Source: Chthoniobacterales bacterium | Lineage (GTDB): Bacteria; Verrucomicrobiota; Verrucomicrobiia; Chthoniobacterales; DASVRZ01 | NCBI GenBank assembly: GCA_036388355.1 | Contig: DASVRZ010000079.1 | Span: forward strand, 17 to 64,016 | DNA: 64,000 nucleotides | Reading direction: 5' to 3' | Shown here: positions 46,599-56,880 of the stretch, in pieces | How the letters are laid out: each line of letters begins with the position of its first letter | Position numbering within the stretch: position 1 is the stretch's first letter | The notes under the pieces: model-generated | Told to the model about the DNA's origin: nothing | Database searches by the model: none | What the model saw: the letters and a program-made list of their open reading frames with translations, nothing else | Program-made: the position numbers and the translations under genes

Positions 46599-48467
46599 CT
46601 ATTCGACCGGCTCTTCTTTAGCGCCGATCAGGTTGGCGGCGGCTTCCCATTTCGCGCTGGCGCGTTCGAGGCTGGTGCTGACGGCCATCAACTCACGGTT
46701 CAGTCGGAAGGCGAGGCCTGAGTCGCTCTGCGCTTCGCTCGACTCGAGACGGGTGGAGAGGTCGCTCTGCTGTTTCTCGAGCGAGATGACTTCCGCTTCG
46801 AGGGCGGCGACTTCTTTCTCGGCGGCCCGCTTCAAGGCGTTAGCGGCGGCGCGTTCGGCCTGGACGCGTTTGCGTTCCTCCCGCACTTCACGCATGGAGA
46901 GTCCCTTCGCAACGACGGGGCCGGCTTTCACCTGCTCGACCTGCTCCATAGGACGTCCCGAAGTGAGCCCGGCCCGCTCGGTGAGGGCGTTGGTTTTATC
47001 GAGGAAATATTGGTAATCGCCGGGGTAGGCTTTGATCGCGCCGGAGTGAATGTGCAGCACGCTGGTAGCGAGTTGGCGGATGAAATAGACGTCGTGGCTG
47101 ATGAAAAGGAGCGTGCCTTCGTATTGCTTGAGCGCCTCGATGAGCGCGTCGATGCTGGCGATGTCGAGGTGGGTCGTCGGCTCATCCATGAGGAGGAAAT
47201 TCGGCGGATCCAGGAGGAGTCTTACGAGGGCCAGGCGGCTTTTCTCACCACCGCTGAGGACGGCGACAGGCTTGAAAACGTCGTCTCCGCGGAAAAGGAA
47301 GCTGCCGAGGACGGTGCGGGCGGTTTCTTCTGAAACCGGATTCGGCATGTCCTGCACAGCCTGAAGCACGGTTTGCTTGAGGTTGAGCATCTCGACGCGA
47401 TTTTGCGAGTAGTAGCCGGGTTTGACGTTGTAACCGAGTTCGCGCTCCCCTTTTTGGATGTCGAGCACGCCCGCCAGCAGCTTCAACAGGGTGGATTTTC
47501 CCGCTCCGTTGGGTCCGCAAAACACTGTGCGCTGGCCTTTTTCCACCGTGTAGTCGAGGCCCCGGTAGACGACCGATTCGCCATAAGCATGATCCACCCC
47601 GGTAAGATTGATGACCTTTTGCCCGGACTTCGGCGGTGAGGGAAAGCGGAAGCCGATGGTTTTTCCTGCCGCCACCGGAGCCTCGATCTTTTCCATGCGA
47701 TCGATCTGCTTCAGCTTGCTCTGCGCTTGAGACGCTTTGCTGGCTTTGGCGCGGAAACGGTCGGCGAAACGTTGCAGGGTTTCGATTTCCTTCTGCTGGT
47801 TCTTGTAGGCGGAGAGAAGCTGTTCGTCGCGCGCAATGCTCTGCCCGACGTAGGCGGAATAGTTGCCTTTCCATCGGGTGAGGCGGGAATGTTTGATCTC
47901 GACGATGGAGCCGACGAGGCGGTCGAGGAAATCGCGATCGTGCGAGATGACGACGATGGCGCCGGGGTAACGGCTTAGATATTCGCGAAACCAGACGAGC
48001 GTTTCCAAGTCGAGATGGTTCGTGGGTTCGTCGAGAATCAGGAGATCGGGCTCCTGCACGAGCAGACGAGCCAGATGGGCGCGCATGACCCAGCCGCCGC
48101 TCAGGTGCCGTGCCGGACGGTCGAAATCGCTCGCGCGAAAGGCGAGTCCGTGCAGGATGCGTTTTGCCTTGGGCTCCATCTGGTAATCGTCGGGATCGAC
48201 GTTGTGCGACATCGCGACCTCTAGAACGGTCTCGTCGCCGACGGGAGCGGTTTCCTGCGGAAGGAAGCCGAGCGTGGCGCGTTTATCGAAGCTGACACTG
48301 CCCTCGTCAGGCGAGGTTTCTCCCATGATGAGAGAGATCAAAGTGGATTTGCCCGCGCCGTTGGGTCCGACGAGGCCGATGCGTTCGCCGACGTTGACTT
48401 GAAGGGAAGCGTCCTGAAAAAGGGTGCGGCCGCCGTAGGATTTCGAGAGTTTGGAGACGGTAAGCAT
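46599..48467 (-). CDS. ABC-F family ATPase (two ABC domains plus C-terminal coiled coil)
   Basis: GLVGPNGAGKSTL / LSGGWVMRAHLARLL / LILDEPTNHLD and GPNGAGKSTLLKLL / LSGGEKSRLALVRLL / LLMDEPTTHLD. Start moved to ATG 48467. Confidence 0.93.
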   Translation of the reverse strand: MLTVSKLSKSYGGRTLFQDASLQVNVGERIGLVGPNGAGKSTLISLIMGETSPDEGSVSFDKRATLGFLPQETAPVGDETVLEVAMSHNVDPDDYQMEPKAKRILHGLAFRASDFDRPARHLSGGWVMRAHLARLLVQEPDLLILDEPTNHLDLETLVWFREYLSRYPGAIVVISHDRDFLDRLVGSIVEIKHSRLTRWKGNYSAYVGQSIARDEQLLSAYKNQQKEIETLQRFADRFRAKASKASQAQSKLKQIDRMEKIEAPVAAGKTIGFRFPSPPKSGQKVINLTGVDHAYGESVVYRGLDYTVEKGQRTVFCGPNGAGKSTLLKLLAGVLDIQKGERELGYNVKPGYYSQNRVEMLNLKQTVLQAVQDMPNPVSEETARTVLGSFLFRGDDVFKPVAVLSGGEKSRLALVRLLLDPPNFLLMDEPTTHLDIASIDALIEALKQYEGTLLFISHDVYFIRQLATSVLHIHSGAIKAYPGDYQYFLDKTNALTERAGLTSGRPMEQVEQVKAGPVVAKGLSMREVREERKRVQAERAAANALKRAAEKEVAALEAEVISLEKQQSDLSTRLESSEAQSDSGLAFRLNRELMAVSTSLERASAKWEAAANLIGAKEEPVE

Positions 48468-48510
48468 TTGGGGCGTGAGACATAGCTTCATCCGGGGTAA
48501 TAGTCAAAGG

Positions 48511-49257
48511 ATGCCAGTCAAATACCCGACTCTGGAGCAGCGGTTGGCACTGCGTGAACGTCCTGCGGCACGGTGTGTGATGCGGCAGGTGTGGCGCGAG
48601 TTGCTCTTTCTTCACTGGAGATATGAGCCGGGGGAGATTCAGCGATTGCTGCCGCCGGGGCTGACAGTGGATTGTTTTGACGGTGCTGCCTGGGTGGGCA
48701 TCGTGCCCTTTTTCATGTGCGGTGTGTGCCCAGTGTGGTGTCCGCCAATGCCGGGATTGTCCAATTTCCTGGAGCTGAATGTGAGGACGTATGTGCACGA
48801 CGAGAAGGGAGTGCCGGGGGTGTGGTTTTTCTCGCTGGATGCTAGCAATGCCGTCGCGGTTTTCCTCGCGAGGACGTTTTTCGGGCTTCCCTACTATCGC
48901 GCTCGGATGCGTGCGCGGGCGACTCCTGCCACGTTGGATTACTGGTCGCAACGCGGTGAGCTTCCGCCAGATCATTTTGTGTATCAGCCGGTCGGGCCCG
49001 CAAGATTTGCAGAGGCCGGGTCGCTGGAGTTCTTTCTAGCTGAACGTTACTTGCTCTATAGCTACGATGCGAAAGCTGGTCGCCTCTCCTCGGGACGTGT
49101 GCATCATCGCCCTTACCCCTTGCAGGATGTGAAAGTGCTGGAACACAGCACACACCTTTTAGCTCCGGCAGGGTTGTCTCAGGTGACGACTCCATTCGAC
49201 CACGCCGTCTATGCCCGGGAAGTCGATGTGGAGATCTTCGGACTGCGCCATCAGTAG
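48511..49257 (+). CDS. DUF2071 (YqjF-like) family protein
   Basis: WRELLFLHWRYEPGEIQRLLPPGLTVDCFDGAAWVGIVPF...GVWFFSLDASN...GLPYYRARM. Start moved to ATG 48511. Confidence 0.75.
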   Translation: MPVKYPTLEQRLALRERPAARCVMRQVWRELLFLHWRYEPGEIQRLLPPGLTVDCFDGAAWVGIVPFFMCGVCPVWCPPMPGLSNFLELNVRTYVHDEKGVPGVWFFSLDASNAVAVFLARTFFGLPYYRARMRARATPATLDYWSQRGELPPDHFVYQPVGPARFAEAGSLEFFLAERYLLYSYDAKAGRLSSGRVHHRPYPLQDVKVLEHSTHLLAPAGLSQVTTPFDHAVYAREVDVEIFGLRHQ

Positions 49258-50054
49258 CGGAAGGTGAGCGAGGCCCAATAGCTATGATAGCCCGCCAAAG
49301 GCCCTTCCTTGGGAGCATCGGGAACAATCTTCACCGATCGGATGTGCCACTGGCCGTCGCGAGTGATCGGCAACGCACAACGTCCCCGTGCATCGGTGAT
49401 TCGTGACGAGGTGGAAACCTTTCCATCCAGCTTGTGAATGGAAGAGACCTTCGCTCCAGCCGCTGGTTTACCTCGAAAGAAAACTTTCACCACTAGCTCG
49501 CCTCCATCGATGGCGTAGGGGTTATCAACCGGAACAATCTCGTATTCCTCCCCGATCTTTTTAGTGGCTGTGTCGCCGGGGGTGTCGCCCACCTGCAGCA
49601 GCGTCTTCATGAAACGCGCATACCTTTCCCGAACCCGGGGCTTGCTGGGAGGAAGTTCCTGATCGCTGATCACAGCGCCTTCGCTGGCCGCATACTGGAG
49701 AAACTTGGCCCTCCCGAAGCGGACCTCTGAGGGAGTGCGTTCCATGGTGACTAACACTGTCCCCTCTTTGGAGAGCGGGAGCCTCGCCGCGGGCATGGCC
49801 TTCTCTTCACCGCTCACGAGCAGGTCCTTGAACTTGCGCGACTGTCCGTAGCAACGAAACTGCGCCGTCCGGGCGATCTGTAGGGGTTTCTCGTTTCCCT
49901 CTGTTGCTGGATCCCCAAACATTAGTTTGACCGCCGCGCTGTGCCCGGTCTGGTAACGCGCTTCGTCAACCTTTAGCCAGTAGTCGTGCGCACACGACGG
50001 ACGCACGAGAAGAATTATCGTTAGCAGGAAGACCAGCGCAGCGGGTAGCTTCAT
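49251..50054 (-). CDS. DUF4198 domain-containing periplasmic protein
   Basis: Signal peptide followed by AHDYWLKVDE..., the N-terminal His motif typical of DUF4198 / NikM-like proteins. Confidence 0.7.
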   Translation of the reverse strand: MKLPAALVFLLTIILLVRPSCAHDYWLKVDEARYQTGHSAAVKLMFGDPATEGNEKPLQIARTAQFRCYGQSRKFKDLLVSGEEKAMPAARLPLSKEGTVLVTMERTPSEVRFGRAKFLQYAASEGAVISDQELPPSKPRVRERYARFMKTLLQVGDTPGDTATKKIGEEYEIVPVDNPYAIDGGELVVKVFFRGKPAAGAKVSSIHKLDGKVSTSSRITDARGRCALPITRDGQWHIRSVKIVPDAPKEGPLAGYHSYWASLTFRY

Positions 50055-50098
50055 GCGCCCTAGTTATCCCGCGGAGTGCGTTTTGTAAATCGTTTACG

Positions 50099-50740
50099 TC
50101 ACTCTCCAACAATCGATTTCGCAAGGAACTTCACTAGCTCCTGTTTGTTCGGCAGGTGCAGATTACGATCGGGCGTGGTCCAGGTAAATCCCGGGCCGTG
50201 CGCGGCACCATTGAGAACACACGCATCCGTGCGGCAGCTGCGGATTTGCTCATGCGCTTTCTGCAACACCTCCGCAGGCGTACCGGTCAGTTCGTATTTC
50301 CAGCCGGTAATCTGCGCGTGAGGAAACAAGCGGCGCAGCTCAGGAATGATCTTTCGCGCTGGTCGGAGAGTGATGTGAAGCTCAGGTGTTGTGCTTGGGA
50401 TCTTCGCCCCGTCAACGGCCTCTCCACGAAGATTGGTGACGGAGCTCACCTCGAAATCAGTGAGTGCCGCAGCATGGAAAAAATGGCTTACCTCACGCGT
50501 CGCCGAAATGTTTTCCAAGATCCGCAGCACGTCGTCGTTCGAGAAAAAGCTTTCGCAGCTTGCTGCCGCTGCAATCGGGAATGTGGCTCCTTCTCCTTGA
50601 AGGCAGATCACTTCGTGACCTGCGGCCAGGAGCGCGTCCACTAACAATGCTCCCAGTTCACCTGTCGAGAAATTGGTAATCCGCCGGACATCATCGATGC
50701 GCGTCGATGCGGGACCGCAGGTGACAACACAGAGGCTCAT
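50099..50740 (-). CDS. coaB: Phosphopantothenate--cysteine ligase-like (CoaB/DFP C-terminal domain)
   Basis: VVTCGPASTRIDDVRRITNFSTGELGALLVDALLAAGHEV. ATGA overlap with the birA stop. Confidence 0.7.
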   Translation of the reverse strand: MSLCVVTCGPASTRIDDVRRITNFSTGELGALLVDALLAAGHEVICLQGEGATFPIAAAASCESFFSNDDVLRILENISATREVSHFFHAAALTDFEVSSVTNLRGEAVDGAKIPSTTPELHITLRPARKIIPELRRLFPHAQITGWKYELTGTPAEVLQKAHEQIRSCRTDACVLNGAAHGPGFTWTTPDRNLHLPNKQELVKFLAKSIVGE

Positions 50741-51498
50741 ACGGTGAGAAGAGTGACCTCGCCGGCCGACACGAGGATTTCCTCGCCGGAAGCCTGTAAT
50801 ACTCTCAGAGCCCCGCTCCCATCAAGCCCGGTTACGGTCCCGGTAACACGCTCGCAACCCATCTCCACTGCAATCTCGCGATTCAAAAGGACGCTGCGGC
50901 GCTGACACTCCTCCTTCACGTTCGTAAAGCCGTCTGGGAGCGTTAGATAAATACGATCCAGCGCATCGAGAATGGACGCCGCGAGCTCCGCCCGATCAAT
51001 TTCCTTGTTGGCGAACATTGCTAGTGAACCGGCTCGTTCCCGTAACTCTTCCGGGAAGTCTTCTACCTGCTGAAAGACATTGAGTCCTATGCCAACTACT
51101 AGAAACTGTTTGCCGGCTTCGCAGAGAATTCCCGCGACTTTCCTTCCGTCGATGTAGATATCGTTCGGCCACTTGATTCCAACCGGCAGGTCCGTCAAGT
51201 TATCCAGCGCACGTGCGACTGCGCATGCGGCAGCCAAGCTCATGCGCGAGATATCAGGCCAGCTGGGGCGCAGCAAAATGGAGAAGCTAAGACTGTCGCC
51301 GGCGGTCGATTGCCAGGAACGCCCCAAGCGGCCGCGGCCCTTGGTCTGAGTCTCCGCGAAGATAGCGAAGCCTTCCGGTGCGCCTTCGTTTCCTAACTGC
51401 GACGCCAGGTCGTTGGTAGAGGTGAGCTCCTGATAGACGCGCGTCGGCCGGCCGATGATCCGGCTCGTGAGAAGACTGCTAATGCGCCCCGCCGTCAT
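50737..51498 (-). CDS. birA: Biotin--[acetyl-CoA-carboxylase] ligase
   Basis: ETQTKGRGRLGRSWQS (GRGRxGR motif), ...IKWPNDIYIDGRKVAGIL. Confidence 0.92.
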   Translation of the reverse strand: MTAGRISSLLTSRIIGRPTRVYQELTSTNDLASQLGNEGAPEGFAIFAETQTKGRGRLGRSWQSTAGDSLSFSILLRPSWPDISRMSLAAACAVARALDNLTDLPVGIKWPNDIYIDGRKVAGILCEAGKQFLVVGIGLNVFQQVEDFPEELRERAGSLAMFANKEIDRAELAASILDALDRIYLTLPDGFTNVKEECQRRSVLLNREIAVEMGCERVTGTVTGLDGSGALRVLQASGEEILVSAGEVTLLTV

Positions 51499-52319
51499 GT
51501 GAGTTCCAATGAGAAATCAACGGCGCGTGCCGAATGAGTCAATGCGCCGACGGAAATGAAGTCCACTCCTGTTGCCGCGATCGCTGCGACCGTTTCGAGA
51601 TTCACGCCGCCGCTTGCTTCCAGCAGAACGCGTCCGGCATTTAATGCTACGGCCGCGCGCAGCTGGTCGAGCGACATATTATCCAGCAGGATAACGTCAA
51701 CTTGGGGGAGCTTTAGGAACGACGCCACTTGATCGAGATGATCCGCCTCAAGTTCGATGCGGGTGTTAGGATGATCCTGTTTAAAACGGCTGATGGCCTC
51801 CTGAAGATGAACCATGTTGCCGTTGGCCAGCAGGTGGTTGTCCTTCACCATGACCATATCGTAGAGACCGATGCGATGGTTGGTTCCCCCGCCTGCTTTT
51901 ACGGCCGCTTTCTCCAGCAACCTCAGCCCGGGCGTGGTTTTGCGCGTGTCGAGAATGCGGGCCTTCGTTCCGGAAATCGCGGCCACATACTTGGCGGTGA
52001 GCGTGGCCACGCCAGAGAGGCGTTGCAGGAAGTTGAGGCCTACGCGTTCTGCAGTGACGATAGATGCCGTCTTCCCCGCAATGGTTAACACCGTGTCGCC
52101 ACTCTGGAGCTGATCACCGTCCTTCCGATGGATGCTCACCTCAAGGGACGGATCCACTCGTTGGAAGGTTTCAGCGGCGGTTTCGATGCCGGAAAGGGTC
52201 GCATTCTCCTTTGCGAAGATTCGCGCGGCGCAGACACCGTCAGGATCAATGAAATAACGCGCGGTGAGATCTCCGGTGCCTATGTCTTCGGCTAAAGCTA
52301 GTGCGATTGGATCGTGCAT
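51495..52319 (-). CDS. nadC: Nicotinate-nucleotide diphosphorylase (carboxylating)
   Basis: EDIGTGDLTA..., RKTTPGLRLLEKAAVKAGGGTNHR.GLYD..MVKDNH, ...LDNM... Confidence 0.95.
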   Translation of the reverse strand: MHDPIALALAEDIGTGDLTARYFIDPDGVCAARIFAKENATLSGIETAAETFQRVDPSLEVSIHRKDGDQLQSGDTVLTIAGKTASIVTAERVGLNFLQRLSGVATLTAKYVAAISGTKARILDTRKTTPGLRLLEKAAVKAGGGTNHRIGLYDMVMVKDNHLLANGNMVHLQEAISRFKQDHPNTRIELEADHLDQVASFLKLPQVDVILLDNMSLDQLRAAVALNAGRVLLEASGGVNLETVAAIAATGVDFISVGALTHSARAVDFSLELT

Positions 52320-52322
52320 GAG

Positions 52323-53660
52323 TTAGAAAAAGGCGGGCTCAGGAGCCCGATAGAGGGAGCGACCTCGGACGAAGGTCTCGAGCACATTGGCTGCATTCGC
52401 GCGATAGACGCAAAGTGCAATGAGGTCTTCCGCGGATAGTTCGGAGCCGCCGCGGCCGAGTTTGCGATACGGGAGAAGACTCGCTATATCGATCACCGTG
52501 ATGTCCGCTTCCTTGCCCGCGTGTAGCGTTCCTATTTTTGCCGATTTTCCCAAAACATCGGCACCGCCCGCGGTCGCCAGGTGAAATGCTTCTGCCGTGG
52601 AAATGGGAGCTAGCTCCGGATCGTAGTAAGATCGTGCCTGTTGCGATTCGACAGCACTGCGCATGACTTGCCACAGGTTGATCTCTGGGCCAGCCGCAAC
52701 GTCAGATCCGAGCCCGACGGTAAGGCCGCGCTGACGCCAAGTGAAAAGCGGCATGATTCCGCTGCCCAGAAAAAGGTTCGAGGTCGGACAATGCACGATC
52801 CTGCTTTGCCGCTCCCGAATGACGTCCGTCTCCCGTTCGGAAAGATGAATGGCGTGACCTAACAACGTCTTCGCTCCCAACAATCCACATTGATCGTAAA
52901 CATCCGTGTAGTCCCGCATGTTAGGAAATAAATGCCGCACCATGTCGATCTCGGTCGTGTTCTCGGAGAGATGCGTCTGCACGTAAGTGCCGTATTGCGT
53001 CGCGAGTTCCGCCGCACCGCGCATCATTTTTTCGGAGCAACTCACCGCGAAGCGCGGGCTGACGGCATATTCCAGCAAACCTTCATTGGCGCCGTGCCAT
53101 TTCTTGATGAGACGCTCTGTTTCCAACAGTGAAATGGAGAGAACCTTGCGCGGCTGCAGAGAACCATAGGAGCCGACATCCATCATCACCTTCCCAATGA
53201 TCGCGCGCGTACCTTTCTTCTCTGCTGCGGCAAAGGCGGCATCGCAGCTATCCTCGTAGATGGCGGTAAAGAGTCCAATGCTAGTCGTTCCGTGGCGGGC
53301 CACTTCATCGAAGAACAGCGCAGACTGCTTTTTTGCAATGGCGCCGGTGAATTCCTTCTCCACCGGAAAGATATGCCGACGCAGCCACGGCAGCAGTTCC
53401 CCGCCCGCTTTGGCGACGGAAGGATACTGCGGAAGATGAGCGTGAAGATCGATCAAGCCGGGAACGACCAGCGCGTGAGGTCCGTGCAGCCAACGGATTT
53501 TGTCGGGGCGCGGTGTTTTCCTAACCGTGTCGTAGTCGCCCATCTCGGCGATCTTTCCGTTTTCGATGACTAAAGCGCCGTCGGGCCAGCTTCGCAGAGT
53601 GCCAAAGATCGGAGCATCGATGAGATAGCCGCGAATTCCGAAAGCCGGGGTGTCAGACAT
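52323..53660 (-). CDS. Amidohydrolase-superfamily deaminase (guanine deaminase / chlorohydrolase-like)
   Basis: PGLIDLHAHLPQYP (HxH metal motif), ...VQTHLSEN..., HAIHLSE..., GSDVAAGP. Confidence 0.85.
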   Translation of the reverse strand: MSDTPAFGIRGYLIDAPIFGTLRSWPDGALVIENGKIAEMGDYDTVRKTPRPDKIRWLHGPHALVVPGLIDLHAHLPQYPSVAKAGGELLPWLRRHIFPVEKEFTGAIAKKQSALFFDEVARHGTTSIGLFTAIYEDSCDAAFAAAEKKGTRAIIGKVMMDVGSYGSLQPRKVLSISLLETERLIKKWHGANEGLLEYAVSPRFAVSCSEKMMRGAAELATQYGTYVQTHLSENTTEIDMVRHLFPNMRDYTDVYDQCGLLGAKTLLGHAIHLSERETDVIRERQSRIVHCPTSNLFLGSGIMPLFTWRQRGLTVGLGSDVAAGPEINLWQVMRSAVESQQARSYYDPELAPISTAEAFHLATAGGADVLGKSAKIGTLHAGKEADITVIDIASLLPYRKLGRGGSELSAEDLIALCVYRANAANVLETFVRGRSLYRAPEPAFF

Positions 53661-53693
53661 GGCGCCGGAGGAAGACCAACCACATGCTAGCTC

Positions 53694-55832
53694 TTACTTG
53701 AACAGCTTTTCGAGGGCTGGATCGGGTTCCGCGCCCAGGGCGACGGCTTTCTCATAGCACTCGCGCGCTTTATCCAGCTGCGGCGGTTCGCTCGTGGCGT
53801 AAACCACAGCGAGGTTGAACCAGGCGTCGGGATATTGCGGATTGAGAGTGGTCGCTTTTTCGAGCTCTTTGACCGCGGCTTCAAACCAGCCTTTTTGGCT
53901 GGCCGCAATGCCGAGGTAATTGTGAGCCGTCGCGCTGGTCGGATCGATAGTGATCGCGTGTGTGAGGGACTCGATGGCTTTCTCGAATTTGCCCTGGCGA
54001 TAGTAAACGATGCCGAGCGTGCAATTCACGAAGAAATCCTTCGGAGCAATGGCGGCGGCCTTAGTGAGCGCTTTTTCCGAAGGAACCAGCTTGCCCATCT
54101 TGTAATTCACAACGCCGAGATTGGAGAGGGCGTAGAGATTGTTAGGATCGTCTGCGAGGATCTCGTTATAGGCGCGTTCCGCGTCAGGCAGTTTGCCTTG
54201 ATCAAACAGCTTCTTCGCCCGGGTGACCAGCGAGGCGTATTTATCGGGAACAGTGAGAGTCGGTGTCGGATTCGCTTCTGCGGCGGGGCTCGGAGCTGGC
54301 GTGGCCCCGGCGGTCGTGGAAGGTGCCGTCCCTGGAAGAATTGGGCGGACGTTATCCGGGTCGGTCTGCGTCATTTCGACAGAGAGGCCAGGGCCGCTGG
54401 CGTCGAGAACGGCGAGTTCCGGCTCCTTGAAGAGTTTGCGTTCTTCATCGGAAAGTTGCAGCGTCGCGGCGCCGAGGACATCGACCTGATCTAGCAAAGC
54501 CTGCGATTTCCCTTCGATGCGGGCCAGCTCTTCAGCCACGATTTCGCGGGCCTGGTTACGTTTGACCTGATCTTTGATCGTGCGGATAACGATGCCGCGG
54601 AGGAGATCGTTCTCGCTCTTGAGCTGCAAGGTTTCCTCTTCGCTGGCGCCTTTCTTGCGAGCCTCTTCCAATTCTTTGTTAGAGGTTTCCAGCTGGGCTT
54701 TCAGCTCCTCGATGTTTGTCGCATCGACCTGGGTCTGGTCCTTGGCAGCACTGAGCTGTTTTTGAATGTCCGCGATCTGGGTCTTCAGCGCTTCGACGTC
54801 GGCTGGCGCCGGACGCTCGCTCAGATCGGCGACTTGTCGTTCGGCTGCGTCGAGTTTGGCGGTGAGAGTGGCATTGGCTGCAATCGCTTGGTCAGCGGCG
54901 GCTTTGTCCTGCGTGGCCTTTTCGAGATCAGCCAGGGCTGTGTCGCGCGCCTGGACGGCCTCGGCTTTCTCTTTGACTGCGGCGTCCCGCTCTTGCACCG
55001 CAGCATCGCGGTCTTGAGTGGCCTTCGCGGCGCGTTCGTTGGCTTGGGCGACCGTTTTGGAAAGTTCGTTGGCTTCGTCTTCGACGAGGTTCGCGTCAGC
55101 AGCGCGTTCTGAGAGCTTTTGCTTCAAGGAAGCGACGCTCTTTTTCAGGGTTTCGATAGCCGCGGCGTCTTTCTTCTGAGCGCTGGAAGCTGTGCGCAGA
55201 CGATCCTCGGTCTGGGCCACTTGGGAACGCAGCTCGGCGACGGCCACGCGGCTTTGATCGACCTTTTTCAGCGCCTCGCGGAGGTTTGCGGAGGCAAACT
55301 CATACTTTTGGGTGAGGTCGTTGTTTTGCGCGCGAAGGCGTTTGATCTCCAGGCGTGCTTCGGTCACCTGACGCCGGAGTTCTGCGGCCTCAGCGCTGCC
55401 AGCTGGGCCAGAGATTTCTGGGAGTGGCTCGTCGGGAACCGGCGGCGGCGTGGGTTGGCGGCTGGGCGTTGCCCCCGGAATGAGCGACTCGTCGTCACCC
55501 GGCTTTGCGGGCAAGAGCGAAGGATCCCGCGTGGTGGTGGACTCGAGCTTGGAAATGAATTCGGCGGTCTTCTTGGATCGATATTCGCGAACGAGCGGCT
55601 GCCATTTCGGCGAATCGGCCTTGATCTGGTCCAGCAGGCCGGCTGCAAAACGGAATTTCGCCAGCGCTTCCTGAGGTTTGCCATCGGCGGCGAGTTTCTC
55701 TCCAGATTGGCTCGCCAGGAGCGCTTGCACGAAGATGTCGGACGGGTCCTGAGCCGCAAAACCAGGGGTCGCCATTTGAGTCCACAGGCAGGCTGCGAGG
55801 AAAATGGGATACAGGATGCGGGGGCGCTTCAT
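53694..55832 (-). CDS. Secreted TPR-repeat protein with long central coiled coil
   Basis: Signal peptide MKRPRILYPIFLAACLWTQMATPGFAA. Central heptad-rich A/E/K/Q region. C-terminal TPRs (AERAYNEILADDPNNLYALSNLGVVNYKMGK...). Start moved to ATG 55832. Confidence 0.8.
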   Translation of the reverse strand: MKRPRILYPIFLAACLWTQMATPGFAAQDPSDIFVQALLASQSGEKLAADGKPQEALAKFRFAAGLLDQIKADSPKWQPLVREYRSKKTAEFISKLESTTTRDPSLLPAKPGDDESLIPGATPSRQPTPPPVPDEPLPEISGPAGSAEAAELRRQVTEARLEIKRLRAQNNDLTQKYEFASANLREALKKVDQSRVAVAELRSQVAQTEDRLRTASSAQKKDAAAIETLKKSVASLKQKLSERAADANLVEDEANELSKTVAQANERAAKATQDRDAAVQERDAAVKEKAEAVQARDTALADLEKATQDKAAADQAIAANATLTAKLDAAERQVADLSERPAPADVEALKTQIADIQKQLSAAKDQTQVDATNIEELKAQLETSNKELEEARKKGASEEETLQLKSENDLLRGIVIRTIKDQVKRNQAREIVAEELARIEGKSQALLDQVDVLGAATLQLSDEERKLFKEPELAVLDASGPGLSVEMTQTDPDNVRPILPGTAPSTTAGATPAPSPAAEANPTPTLTVPDKYASLVTRAKKLFDQGKLPDAERAYNEILADDPNNLYALSNLGVVNYKMGKLVPSEKALTKAAAIAPKDFFVNCTLGIVYYRQGKFEKAIESLTHAITIDPTSATAHNYLGIAASQKGWFEAAVKELEKATTLNPQYPDAWFNLAVVYATSEPPQLDKARECYEKAVALGAEPDPALEKLFK

Positions 55833-56077
55833 ACAGGCGGCTCGCAGACTAGCGCATGGCCACAGGCTTGGCAACCGCAGACCTCCTGCGGATCAGCGGG
55901 TAAAAAGGCGGTTGGAAAGGCTGTCCTCGTTTCTAAATTGTCACTTTCAAAAGAGGGGCGCCTCATTGACACCTCGAAGGCGGAATGTTAGCGTCTGCGC
56001 ATTCCAATCCGGGAGAGCGCCAGTTCCTCACAAGAGTTGGTCCAACCGCCCGGTTTGGGAAACGCTCAGGGTAACTT

Positions 56078-56692
56078 ATGCAAGCCACCTTCGATCATCC
56101 CGTGCTCGTGCTGAACCGGCTCTGGCAGGCTGTGAATATTTGCAGCGTGAAGCGGGCGTTTACGCTCCTTTTCCAGCGGCAGGCGCAGGTCGTCTTTGCC
56201 GAGACGGGCAATAATTTTGCCACGCACGATTTCGAGAGCTGGCGCGATGTTTCCGACCGGATTCCCGAGGAGGAAATGGTTCACACGATCCATTTTAAGG
56301 TGCGTATTCCGCGCATCATTGTCCTTATGATGTTCGACCGGATGCCGAAGAAAGAGGTGAAATTCACCCGCCACAACATCTTCGAGCGAGATAAGAATAC
56401 CTGCCAATATTGCGGCAAAGTTTTCGAGAGGAAGGATTTGAACCTCGACCACGTGATCCCACGTGATAAAGGCGGGCAGACGACTTGGGAGAACATTGTT
56501 TGCTCGTGCATCCCGTGCAATACGCGGAAGGGCAACCGGCTCTATTACGAGGTGAACATGCATCTTATCAAGAAGCCGAAGCGACCGAAGTGGAAGCCGT
56601 TCGTGAATCTGACCTTCAATGGTCCGCAACACGAGAGTTGGCGGCATTTCATCGATCTGGCGTATTGGAACGTGGAGCTGGGGGATTCCTGA
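56078..56692 (+). CDS. HNH endonuclease family protein
   Basis: CQYCGKVFERKDLNLDHVIPRDKGGQTTWENIVCSCIPCNTRKGNR (CxxC...DH...N...CxxC HNH core) preceded by a ~100-aa N-terminal domain. Confidence 0.85.
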   Translation: MQATFDHPVLVLNRLWQAVNICSVKRAFTLLFQRQAQVVFAETGNNFATHDFESWRDVSDRIPEEEMVHTIHFKVRIPRIIVLMMFDRMPKKEVKFTRHNIFERDKNTCQYCGKVFERKDLNLDHVIPRDKGGQTTWENIVCSCIPCNTRKGNRLYYEVNMHLIKKPKRPKWKPFVNLTFNGPQHESWRHFIDLAYWNVELGDS

Positions 56693-56880
56693 AGGGCAGC
56701 TGCCGGGGACACGGTCACTCCTAACTCTGTCGCGGAATGACAGGTGAGGGTAAGGTCGATCCGCTACGCCTCCGCATTCTTGCAGGCCATTTCACAAGAG
56801 GTTGCGTTGACCAATTCCTTCGCCCCGAATGTTAAACTCGAAGAGGATTCGATTTACTTTTCAAGTGCTGAGAGCTAAGT

